A stretch of 64,000 nucleotides of DNA from a virus. Position 1 is the first letter of the stretch. Each line of letters opens with the position of its first letter. Shown here one piece after another: positions 28,716 through 38,300 of the stretch. The stretch lies in the IMG/VR virus record IMGVR_UViG_3300042509_001112, positions 33,847-97,846 of that record; one strand, given 5' to 3'. The position numbers and the translations under genes were made by a program. The notes under the pieces are model-generated. The model was not told the DNA's origin, searched no databases, and saw only the letters and a program-made list of their open reading frames with translations.

Positions 28716-30409
28716 CATTCTTTAATAAAAAATCTACATTTGTACCTTATATTAAGGGTAGAGAGATTACAACAGTAGCTAATTATGCTGCTTTACCTGA
28801 TCCAACAACTGTAGGAGATAAGTTTTATTGGTGTGAAAATAGTCAAGGAACTGCTTGGTTACCTGGATCATTAGGAGGTACTTACTATCCTAGAGGATTG
28901 TATTATTCCAATGGTACTACTTGGGAGTATATGGAAACTCCTATTCAAGCTACTCAAGCTGAAGTTGATGCTGGTATTATTGATGATAGATTTGTTAGTC
29001 CTAATACTTTATATAATGCTGATCAATGGAATAGTGTTAAAATAAAACTTTACACTAACGGAAATCTTAATAATGAACCAAATACATTAAATCTTGTAGA
29101 AGGTACTAATATGACTATTACAGATGATGGTAGTGGTAATATAACATTTGATGCTACAGGTGGAGGTGGGGGTAGTGGTATACCTAAAGCAACCGCAGCA
29201 GGTACGGATACGTACACAACAACAATAACAGGTGTTACAGGTTATGTTGATGGGGACGCTTACTTAATACGATTTACCAACGGCAACACAACAGGGGCAA
29301 CGCTGGATATTAACGATGGGACTTCGTTCCTTGGTGCAAAAACACTATACCGCAATAACGATGGCGCAATAATAGGCGGTGACATTTGGGCGGGTGCTGA
29401 AATGCTTTGCGTGTTTAACTCAACTCTTGATGGGTTTCAATGTATCGGTACATCACCGAATAGCTTGTTTGCCTACGTTGTAAACGCTGACTCGGTGACA
29501 ATAAATAGAGGTCAACCTGTGTATGCTTTTGGTAGTACAGGCAACAGAATGAGCGTTAAGTTGGCGAACAACCAAAGTGATTTAACATCTGCACAAACTT
29601 ACGGACTTGTTTATAGCACATCAATAGCAGCAGGTCAAAAAGGCATCATCATTATTCAAGGTGTTTTAGATGGGTTAAATTTGGGCGGTACTTGGGCAGA
29701 TGGTGATCCTGTTTATTTAGGAGCATCAGCAGGGGCAATAACCAAAACAAAGCCATACGCACCTGACCATTTAGTGTATTTGGGTGTTGTTGAACGTGCA
29801 AACGCTGGTAATGGTATTATGTATGTTAGAGTACAGAACGGATATGAACTTGATGAATTACATGATGTGTCAGCGCAAACACCTGCAGACAATAACACAT
29901 TGATTTATAATTCATCAAACAATTTATGGGAAGCTAAAGCAATAAAAGTAACTGACATATCAAATGGAACGGTAGTAACAGGAACTGTAAATAACACGCT
30001 TTCAAAAAGTTTGCTTGTAAAGGCAAACACACTTAAAGCAGGTTCAGCAGCTCAATTTATTGTAAGAGCGGCTAAAACAGGCAATGCGGGAACTATACAA
30101 CTGCGCTTATATTGGAACACAAGTCCGTCTTTAATAGGAGCGATTTTATTAGCCACTACGGCAGCTAACGCAGCAAGTAGTGTTTTTTCGCAAATGTCAA
30201 GGTGGATACCTGTTGAGGTGGCAAACGGAACAGTAAATGGAACACGTATGTTCACACCCACAACATTTGCAGCATCTGACTTCGGAGTATCAACTGCTGC
30301 GATTTCTACATTAGCATTAAATTGGACTGTTGATAGCTACTTAATATGCGCTATTCAAAATGGTGCAGCGGGTGATAGTTCAGTATGTAATTTTTTAGCA
30401 TTAGTATAA
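28712..30409 (+). CDS. Tail fibre / receptor-binding protein with a GC-richer C-terminal part
   Basis: ATQAEVDAG and VQNGYELDELHDV motifs; codon shift after the GGGGGSG linker. Confidence 0.7.
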   Translation: MTFFNKKSTFVPYIKGREITTVANYAALPDPTTVGDKFYWCENSQGTAWLPGSLGGTYYPRGLYYSNGTTWEYMETPIQATQAEVDAGIIDDRFVSPNTLYNADQWNSVKIKLYTNGNLNNEPNTLNLVEGTNMTITDDGSGNITFDATGGGGGSGIPKATAAGTDTYTTTITGVTGYVDGDAYLIRFTNGNTTGATLDINDGTSFLGAKTLYRNNDGAIIGGDIWAGAEMLCVFNSTLDGFQCIGTSPNSLFAYVVNADSVTINRGQPVYAFGSTGNRMSVKLANNQSDLTSAQTYGLVYSTSIAAGQKGIIIIQGVLDGLNLGGTWADGDPVYLGASAGAITKTKPYAPDHLVYLGVVERANAGNGIMYVRVQNGYELDELHDVSAQTPADNNTLIYNSSNNLWEAKAIKVTDISNGTVVTGTVNNTLSKSLLVKANTLKAGSAAQFIVRAAKTGNAGTIQLRLYWNTSPSLIGAILLATTAANAASSVFSQMSRWIPVEVANGTVNGTRMFTPTTFAASDFGVSTAAISTLALNWTVDSYLICAIQNGAAGDSSVCNFLALV

Positions 30410-30410
30410 T

Positions 30411-30578
30411 ATGACAATATACAACAAGCAAGTAACAAGCACATATTTTGAGCAGATAGATGAATTGGGATGCCACATTGAACTTGATGGCTGCATCACA
30501 TTCGTTTATTTAAGAGATACTACTTATTCAACAATGGATGAATTAAAACAAGCAATAGAATCTTTAAAATTTGATTAA
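30411..30578 (+). CDS. Small protein after the fibre gene (55 aa, not in the ORF track)
   Basis: MTIYNKQVTSTYFEQIDELGCHIELDG...SLKFD; fills the gap exactly. Confidence 0.65.
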   Translation: MTIYNKQVTSTYFEQIDELGCHIELDGCITFVYLRDTTYSTMDELKQAIESLKFD

Positions 30579-30579
30579 T

Positions 30580-30816
30580 ATGAAAAAATATTTAACTTTC
30601 TTATTTACTAAAAGACCTTGGGCTGTAGTAGTTAATGCATTTATACTACTATTCTTTACAATAGGATTACCTGGTTATTATCATAACGAATGGATTGTTA
30701 CTACTATATGGGATATAGAAGGAACAACATCTAAAGTACTATTTAGTTTATTTCTTGTTTTAACAGGAATAGCTTGTTTACTACAAGTTTATGATGAGTT
30801 TAAAAATAATAAATGA
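30580..30816 (+). CDS. Membrane protein with 2 TM helices
   Basis: ATG at 30580 (MKKYL) preferred over TTG at 30571. Confidence 0.65.
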   Translation: MKKYLTFLFTKRPWAVVVNAFILLFFTIGLPGYYHNEWIVTTIWDIEGTTSKVLFSLFLVLTGIACLLQVYDEFKNNK

Positions 30817-31022
30817 ACTCAATATTAATATTAATAATTGGTTTACCAATAGCAGTTATACTAGGAGCATATTTAGCAACAAAAAAATTAAATAAAGAAC
30901 TAAATGAATCACTTAAAAAAATTGGATATAAGATACTTTGTGTTTTTGCTATTTTTAATTTATTTGATAACAGCTCTAGTGAAGTGCAGGACAACCAAGA
31001 ATCCAACAAAAAGACAGATTAA
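30813..31022 (+). CDS. Small membrane protein
   Basis: N-terminal TM; start overlaps the upstream stop. Confidence 0.5.
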   Translation: MNSILILIIGLPIAVILGAYLATKKLNKELNESLKKIGYKILCVFAIFNLFDNSSSEVQDNQESNKKTD

Positions 31023-31045
31023 AAACACTATTAAATGCGTTTATA

Positions 31046-31543
31046 ATGATAACAATATTTATTATACTAAGTTGGATAAGCTACGGAATTATATCTTCTG
31101 CTAAAGGAATATATGATGGTTATTTATGGCATTATTGGCTAGAGTCTTGGTTTAAAAAGATACTAAATAGTAATACATCTCTTAAAGGTATGCAAAATGA
31201 AGGTAAGTATTTACACAAAATTGGTAGTTATTTAACTGCTTTACCCTTATTAATAATACTATTAGGTGCTTTAGCTTTAAACTTTAGTATACTTAAACTA
31301 TTGTTTTTAGGTATTAGCTTATCTACAGTTAATCCTTTATTTCATTTAGGGTATATGTTTTATACTAGAAACAAACTAAATAATAAAACCTATACAGATA
31401 GTTTTAAATCAACTCACACCATATCTGATGGTAATACAGATAAGTTTAAAAAACTAACGGTTAAGCTATTCAATACTTATAAAAAAAGAGTTATTTTTGC
31501 AATTATAAGCATAATTACATTATTATTGTCAATCTTTATTTAA
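31046..31543 (+). CDS. Multi-pass membrane protein
   Basis: 3-4 hydrophobic segments. Confidence 0.65.
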   Translation: MITIFIILSWISYGIISSAKGIYDGYLWHYWLESWFKKILNSNTSLKGMQNEGKYLHKIGSYLTALPLLIILLGALALNFSILKLLFLGISLSTVNPLFHLGYMFYTRNKLNNKTYTDSFKSTHTISDGNTDKFKKLTVKLFNTYKKRVIFAIISIITLLLSIFI

Positions 31544-31547
31544 AACT

Positions 31548-31880
31548 ATGATACAACACTACCAAGAAGAACTTAAAAATTTTATAGAAGAAGCAGCCAA
31601 ATTCTTTGGTGTAGCTACTATGGGAATATATGGACAATTCATTGTAATGCTAGGAACACTTAGCTTTGTAAGTTATGGAGAAGCTACTTTTTTATCAGAT
31701 GTCCATTCAGGTAATGACCTCTTAAAAATCTTTTTAGAATTTATAAACTATGGTGCTAAGTTCTTTACAATGTGTGTAGGTGCTATTACAACTTATAAAT
31801 TTGTAGAAAGTATTGGTATTAAAATTACTAAGTTTATAAAAAGTAAAAAACATGTTAACAACCCAACAGATAATAAGTAA
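31548..31880 (+). CDS. Putative holin
   Basis: Hydrophobic with basic C-terminus, immediately before the endolysin. Confidence 0.5.
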   Translation: MIQHYQEELKNFIEEAAKFFGVATMGIYGQFIVMLGTLSFVSYGEATFLSDVHSGNDLLKIFLEFINYGAKFFTMCVGAITTYKFVESIGIKITKFIKSKKHVNNPTDNK

Positions 31881-32319
31881 ATATGGTAAACCAACTCAAA
31901 ATGGTTCACCTTATTTAGTTTCAATCAAATTACCTTATCCTATGAGATTAGCTTGGGATAAGAATACTAAAGTAACTACTATGAGATGTCATAGACTAGT
32001 AGCTGATAAGTTTCTTGCTGTATTTAATGATATATTAAGAACTTATGGTTATGCTAAAATAGTAGAATTAGGTATTGATTTATTTGGAGGATGTTTTAAT
32101 TTTAGAGCTATGAGAGGTGGTTCTGATTATTCAAGACACTCTTGGGGAATAGCAATAGATTTAGATCCTGAAAGAAATCAATTAAACGAAACTAGTAGAA
32201 CAGCTAGATTTGCTAGACCTGAGTATAAACCTATGTTAGAAGCTTTCTATAGAAATGGTTTTATAGGACTAGGACCTGAAAAAAATTATGATTGGATGCA
32301 CTTTGAAATTAAAGATTAA
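31852..32319 (+). CDS. Endolysin, M15 family peptidase
   Basis: SRHSWGIAIDL and DWMHFE Zn-ligand motifs. Confidence 0.9.
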   Translation: MLTTQQIISKYGKPTQNGSPYLVSIKLPYPMRLAWDKNTKVTTMRCHRLVADKFLAVFNDILRTYGYAKIVELGIDLFGGCFNFRAMRGGSDYSRHSWGIAIDLDPERNQLNETSRTARFARPEYKPMLEAFYRNGFIGLGPEKNYDWMHFEIKD

Positions 32320-32519
32320 TGGAAATAAAACTTAAACAAAATAACTATATAGTAGTTAAGAATATACTAAGAATATGTAAAGCTGCATTAGGAGCTATTG
32401 GTATGACTTTTGTAGTAACTGATTATAAATGGACAGGCGTAATCATATTAGTATTAGCTGCTGTTTGTAATGAGAGTTTAGATATAATTAAAGAAACTGA
32501 AGAACAACATGAAAATTAA
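32319..32519 (+). CDS. Small 2-TM protein (holin-like)
   Basis: 66 aa within the lysis cassette. Confidence 0.5.
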   Translation: MEIKLKQNNYIVVKNILRICKAALGAIGMTFVVTDYKWTGVIILVLAAVCNESLDIIKETEEQHEN

Positions 32520-33108
32520 AGCGTATAAGAGAGTTTTAATAGTATTAGGTATATTACTATTCCTAATTTGTTTAGGTAGCTGTAATGCAACAAAAAGAGC
32601 TGAAAAGAAATTTCAAAAGGCTATTAACAAGTTTGGGCAGAAAGAATCTGCTAACTATATAATAACAAAATATCCTGAATACTTTAAAACTAAAACTATT
32701 CATGACACTACAATAGTTAAAATACCTGTCATTATACCAGGTGATACACTTAATGTAGGATTTAATTGTGACAGTTTAGTACAATCTTTACAAGATGGTA
32801 CAACAGTTGCTTTGGGTGAAAATAAGAAACTTAAACTTGAAGTAGAGAAATTAGGTAAAAGACTTAAGATTAAAAGTACTTTAAAACCTGATACTATAGT
32901 AGTACATGACACTATTCCAGTTACTGTACAAGTACCTTGTCCTGATATAGATATGTTATCTACAAAAGATGTAGAACTATTAACAGAACAATTAAAACAT
33001 AAAAAAGCTCAAGTTACTAACTTGTATCTTATTATAGCCCTATTAATAGCTGGTTTTATTGGATTTGAATATTTTAAATATAATAAAAAACAAGATAAAA
33101 CTATTTAA
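32509..33108 (+). CDS. Unimolecular spanin-like lipoprotein
   Basis: N-terminal lipobox LGSC plus C-terminal TM helix. Confidence 0.65.
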   Translation: MKIKAYKRVLIVLGILLFLICLGSCNATKRAEKKFQKAINKFGQKESANYIITKYPEYFKTKTIHDTTIVKIPVIIPGDTLNVGFNCDSLVQSLQDGTTVALGENKKLKLEVEKLGKRLKIKSTLKPDTIVVHDTIPVTVQVPCPDIDMLSTKDVELLTEQLKHKKAQVTNLYLIIALLIAGFIGFEYFKYNKKQDKTI

Positions 33109-33158
33109 TTTAATAGATTTGATTTGTATAAACACATTATATTACTTTATTAACATAC

Positions 33159-33186
33159 AGGCTCTTACTCAAGTATGAGCCTTTTT
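33159..33186 (+). terminator. Rho-independent terminator
   Basis: AGGCTC..TAC-TCAA-GTA..GAGCCT followed by TTTT. Confidence 0.65.
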
Positions 33187-33197
33187 ACTTAAAATAA

Positions 33198-33908
33198 ATG
33201 GCTACAACAACATCTTTAGATCATATTGTATATTTAGTACTTGACCAAATTAGAGGTAGATCAGTAGTTACTGATACTATATTACCTGAGCAAGTTGAAC
33301 AAATAGTAATTAATTTAAGATCTCAACTTATTAAACAAGATTCTAATAAAGGTTATACAGCTGATCCTTACATTATTCAAGACTTAGGTTGTGTTGAAAT
33401 GGAAGTAGTAGATGCAGCTGAATCTTGTATTATTGAAGCAGGTTGTAATTTATTAAGAAGTGTTAAACCTATACCAAGCACAATAGAACTTCATCATAGT
33501 CAATTATTTACTAGAGTAGGACCTGTTAATAAGGGATTACCTGGTTATGATTATGTGCATTATGAAAGAATACCTTATGTATTAAATAACAAATATACTA
33601 AAAATAGAGTTAAGTATTATATGCAAAATACTAACGGTTATTTGTATCTTATAGTACCTAACAATATATTACAGGTATTAAAGTTTATAAATATACAAGG
33701 TGTATTTGAAGATCCAAGAGATGCTTATAACTTTGAAGATTGTGATGGAAAACCTTGCTATTCTTCAACAGATCCTTTCCCAATTAAAAACTGGATGGTT
33801 AATAGTATAGTAGATATGGCTGTTAAATTGTTCTTAGCTACACAAGCTTCAGTAGCTGAAGATACTACTAATAATAATGAAAATGATTACACAACACAAG
33901 CTAAGTAA
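33198..33908 (+). CDS. Tail ring / tubular protein
   Basis: 236 aa; IQGVFEDP and FPIKNWMV; crAss-like position. Confidence 0.6.
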   Translation: MATTTSLDHIVYLVLDQIRGRSVVTDTILPEQVEQIVINLRSQLIKQDSNKGYTADPYIIQDLGCVEMEVVDAAESCIIEAGCNLLRSVKPIPSTIELHHSQLFTRVGPVNKGLPGYDYVHYERIPYVLNNKYTKNRVKYYMQNTNGYLYLIVPNNILQVLKFINIQGVFEDPRDAYNFEDCDGKPCYSSTDPFPIKNWMVNSIVDMAVKLFLATQASVAEDTTNNNENDYTTQAK

Positions 33909-34482
33909 TACTGAATTAGGTATTAAAGAAAGAGGTAAAGGTAAGTATCTTGCTGATTATGGATTAGGAGATTATTATAAATATTATTTAAATAATCTTA
34001 GTAAAGCTGAATTACCATTAGGAACTGATTTAAAAGATTTAAAATACAATGTATCTTTTAATAAGTATAGAAGTGTGCTTATGAAGATATTTAGAAAAGC
34101 TAGAACTAAAATGATTCTTACTAATTCTGAATATCCACTACCTTGTAAGATGGGTAGAATTATGATACAGAAAGTTAGAAAAAAACTACAATTAGATGAG
34201 AATGGTAATGTAATTAAACGAGTACCTATTAATTATAAAGCAACTAGAGAATTGTGGGCTACTGATCCTGAAGCTAAAGAGAAAAGATTAAAAATATATC
34301 AGTTTAATGATCATACTAATGGTTACAGATTAAAGATAGTATGGTTAAAAAAGAATTGTAATATGAATAAAAAGAAATATTACAAACTTACAGCTGTAAG
34401 AGAATTTAAAAGACAAGTACCTGAACTAATTAAAAAACATCCTGAGTTAGATTTTTTTGTAAGTCCTTTCTCAGATTACTAA
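33877..34482 (+). CDS. IHF-like protein of the crAss-like tail module
   Basis: LPCKMGRIMI, PINYKATRELW, NDHTNGY. Confidence 0.65.
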   Translation: MKMITQHKLSNTELGIKERGKGKYLADYGLGDYYKYYLNNLSKAELPLGTDLKDLKYNVSFNKYRSVLMKIFRKARTKMILTNSEYPLPCKMGRIMIQKVRKKLQLDENGNVIKRVPINYKATRELWATDPEAKEKRLKIYQFNDHTNGYRLKIVWLKKNCNMNKKKYYKLTAVREFKRQVPELIKKHPELDFFVSPFSDY

Positions 34483-34497
34483 TATACAAATTAAAAT

Positions 34498-35349
34498 ATG
34501 GCATTAAATGGTAAGTTAATTTCAGTTAATGAAGTTATAAACAATGTACTTAGAGATAACCAATATAAGAATCAACAGTTTGAAGTAGGAAGTTTTGTAG
34601 AATGGGCTAATGAAGCTTGTGATTTAATAGGTGTACCTTATAATCTTATTAATGATTATGCAATTATTGATATTGAGAATCATAAAGGATTTATACCTTG
34701 TAACCTACATACTTTAGATCAAGCTATGGTACTTACTAAAAATGGTGTAATAGTACCTATGAGAGGTTCAACTTCTACTACTCATCCTTGGAACATTAAT
34801 AACATTAATGACTATCCTTTAGTTAATCCTGTACAACCTGTAGGATTTGATCCTGATGGTAATCCTATTATTAACTTTAATAATTATGATAATGCTATTA
34901 CTAAAGGATTAATTAATAACTTACCTTACACATTAAGAGATATTACTTATAATGTTCAAGGTAATTATATATTCACCTCTTTTAAAGATGGTGCTCAAGT
35001 AATTATGTTTTATAAAGCTTTTCCAGTTGATCAAGAGGGTTACCCTCTTATACCTGATGATATTAGCTTTAAACAAGCTGTACAATCTTATATAAGACTT
35101 AAAGTAGATTACTTACTATGGAGAAGAAATATTATTGCTAGAGATGTATTTGAATACTCTGAAAGAGAGTGGATGTGGTATGTAGGTCAAGCTAAAACTA
35201 AAGCTCTTACTCCTAATTATGATATGATGGAATCTTGGAAAAATCAACACCTTACACTTATGCCTAGAATTAATGAACAAGCTAGAAACTTTGAAGGTAT
35301 TGGTCAATCTCAATATATTAACTTTGGTATGAGAAACTATAGATATTAA
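34498..35349 (+). CDS. Tail tubular protein
   Basis: 283 aa; DQEGYPLIPD and WMWYVGQA; precedes the muzzle gene. Confidence 0.65.
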   Translation: MALNGKLISVNEVINNVLRDNQYKNQQFEVGSFVEWANEACDLIGVPYNLINDYAIIDIENHKGFIPCNLHTLDQAMVLTKNGVIVPMRGSTSTTHPWNINNINDYPLVNPVQPVGFDPDGNPIINFNNYDNAITKGLINNLPYTLRDITYNVQGNYIFTSFKDGAQVIMFYKAFPVDQEGYPLIPDDISFKQAVQSYIRLKVDYLLWRRNIIARDVFEYSEREWMWYVGQAKTKALTPNYDMMESWKNQHLTLMPRINEQARNFEGIGQSQYINFGMRNYRY

Positions 35350-35354
35350 TACTA

Positions 35355-38300
35355 ATGGCTCAAGAAAAAGAACAAGAACAAGGTGGTCAAACTAATGGTA
35401 TTGCAATAAATACTTTTACTGGAGGTATTAACCAAGACTTAGCTAAGACTATATATAAACAAGGTAATTATTTAGATGCTCTAAATATTACTTTACTTAC
35501 TGATGGTGGATTAAGTACAGCTGTTGTACAAAATAAGAAGGGAACTAAACTACAAATTCAGTTTCCTACAACTATTCCAGCTGCTACTTATGAATCTAAT
35601 AGAGAATATCCTCAAGTTGTACCTGCTCAAGAAAATATAAAAGTTATTGAAGGTTTAGCAATAACTGATGGTAGTGGAGTACAAAACTTATTCTTTATTA
35701 CAAAGAGTAATGCTGTAGGTAATCCTAATGATAATGGTTATGGTCAAATATGGAAATGTAATTTTTTAGGTACTAGTGATAATATAGCAGGTGCTATTAA
35801 TGGTTTTGAATTAACTGTTAATAATCATATGATGTATAATAGAGATCTTAACTTTAAGTTTGTAGAAAGAATTAAAACTATTGGTAAGTATGAGAATGAA
35901 AACTTTTCTAGAATATACTGGACTGATGGTATTAATCCATTAAGAAGTATTAATACAATAGGTTCTTTACAATCTTTATTAAATATACCTGTTAGAACTT
36001 TAAATATAGTATCTGAATCTAATTTAGATACTCCTGTTATTAGTAGATTAATTAAAGGTAGTTTACCTGAAGGTAAATATCAATTAGCTTATAGATTATT
36101 AAGTAAAAGTGGAGATTTAACTAACTTCAGTACTTGTAGTAATTTAATAGATGTTATTGAAGGTAATGAGTTTAATAGTGAACTTGGATACCCATTAGCT
36201 GATACAATAGAGTATACTACAGATGTTATGGCTGCTACAGATAATAAAGAAGTTATTGACTCTGATAAAGGTATTGAGTTTTATATACCTCGTATTGATA
36301 AAGATTATGAAATGATTCAATACGCTTTAATATATTATAGTCAACCTAATTTACCTGAAATATTTGTATATCCTTATAAAGAAATATCTTTATATAGAAA
36401 TCAATATGAAAGCTTTACTGATTTATTTAGTGATACTTTTCTATTAACTACAGAAGAGTTTAATATAATGTATGCTCCATTTGAAAAAGTAGGTACTATT
36501 GAAGTTAAAGATAATATCTTATTTGCTGCTAATACTACTAACGAAATGTTTAAGGTTAATATAGATTACAGAGCTTATAGATATAATGATAGTGGTGAAT
36601 GTACTACTTATGAATTAGATGGTAATACAAATACTTTTACTACTAACTATCCTAATAATGATTTATTAGATGTTATTAATCCTTATAATGATGAGAGTGG
36701 TAAGATATTTGGTTTAAATAATGTAGGTAATCCTACAACTTGGTATAATAATCATCAATATAAATATAAACAAGATGGTGTTACTTTAGGTGGTCAAGGT
36801 CCTAATATTGGTTATACTTTTGGTACAACTAGTATAGTTGTGGATACTAATCTTACCCAACAACTTAATAGAGCTCCTTTAATTAAAACTGATGTAGATT
36901 ATACTGATACACTTACAAGTGTACCTAATCATATTACAGGTAACAATGGTAGCTTTAGTAGTTTAAAATCTCCTTATAAAGCTAGCTGTCAAGTATCTTG
37001 GCAACGTGGAGAAGTATATAGGTTTGGTATTACTTTTTATAATAAGAAAGGACAAGCTTCTTATGTTAACTGGATAGGTGATATTAAGATGCCTGACTTT
37101 AATGAAACTAATAATCCTGCTTGTTTACTATCAAATTATAATGTTGGTAAATTAACAATGTATTCTACTTATATAGATTTTGATGTTAATGTACCTCAAG
37201 ATTTAGCTAAAGAAATTAGTGGATTTAGAATAGTATATGTTGAAAGACAAGAAAATGATAAGACTAGGTTTGGTACTGCCATTACTGGTGGTATGCAAAC
37301 TTTTGATAGAATGAATATCAATAATAACCAATTTGGTATAGATTATACTATATCAATTATAGCAACTGTTATTTGTTATAAAATAGGTAATTACGTAGAT
37401 GATTTAACTGATTTAGGTGGACAAGATCCTTTTGGTATTAAACAAGATATTAGAGGAAAAGTAATGCGAGCAGCTGCAGCAGCTATTTATAAAAAAATAG
37501 ATAATATGCCTTCAGCAGCTCAACAAAGAATAACTAGTTCTGAAGATTTAGCTGACTTTTTAGATTCTGTTTTAGATGGAGCTACTAATAATGCAGGTGG
37601 ATGGATGACTGCTTTAGCTGGAGGTAATTTACTTAAAATGTTATTTCCTAAAACTATTGAAAAAATTAAAGAATCTATTAAAGAAGATTTAAGAAAATTA
37701 TTAGCTTATAAAGTAGCTGGATTACATCCTAACGTATATTCTTTAGGTCAAGTAGGATTTGCTAATGCTGCAATAGCTAGTTCTTCTTTAGCTCATATAG
37801 GATACACAATATCTCCTAATGTTGACTTTAATAAATATGAATTTAAACAAGGAGATTATTTAAAACCTATTAATACATTTAAACAAGGTAATAAAATTGT
37901 AAATGAATTACATAGAGATTCTACTGTAGGAGTATACAATATATTAGATAGTTCTGCTTACTTAAGAAAATGGTATAAAGGTACTACTTTATCTTGGAAT
38001 CAAGTAGCTGATAGTGATGCTAGAAGAATATATATTAATAATCAAAAAGTACTTATACCTGGTGAATTATTAGGATCTGGTTTTGATAGTGTAATGATTA
38101 GTCAAAATGCTGAAGGCATAGATTTAGATTTTTTAATATCTAATAGTTATATATCTTCAATACCTCAAGCTAATAAAGCGGGTATGTTAATTACTGATAG
38201 TAATCTTAATTTAAATGATGTTATATCTGCTGTTGAAACTGGTATTACAAGTGCTGGTGGAACATATGTTAAAGTTGAAGGCGAAGCTTTTTTAAATAAA

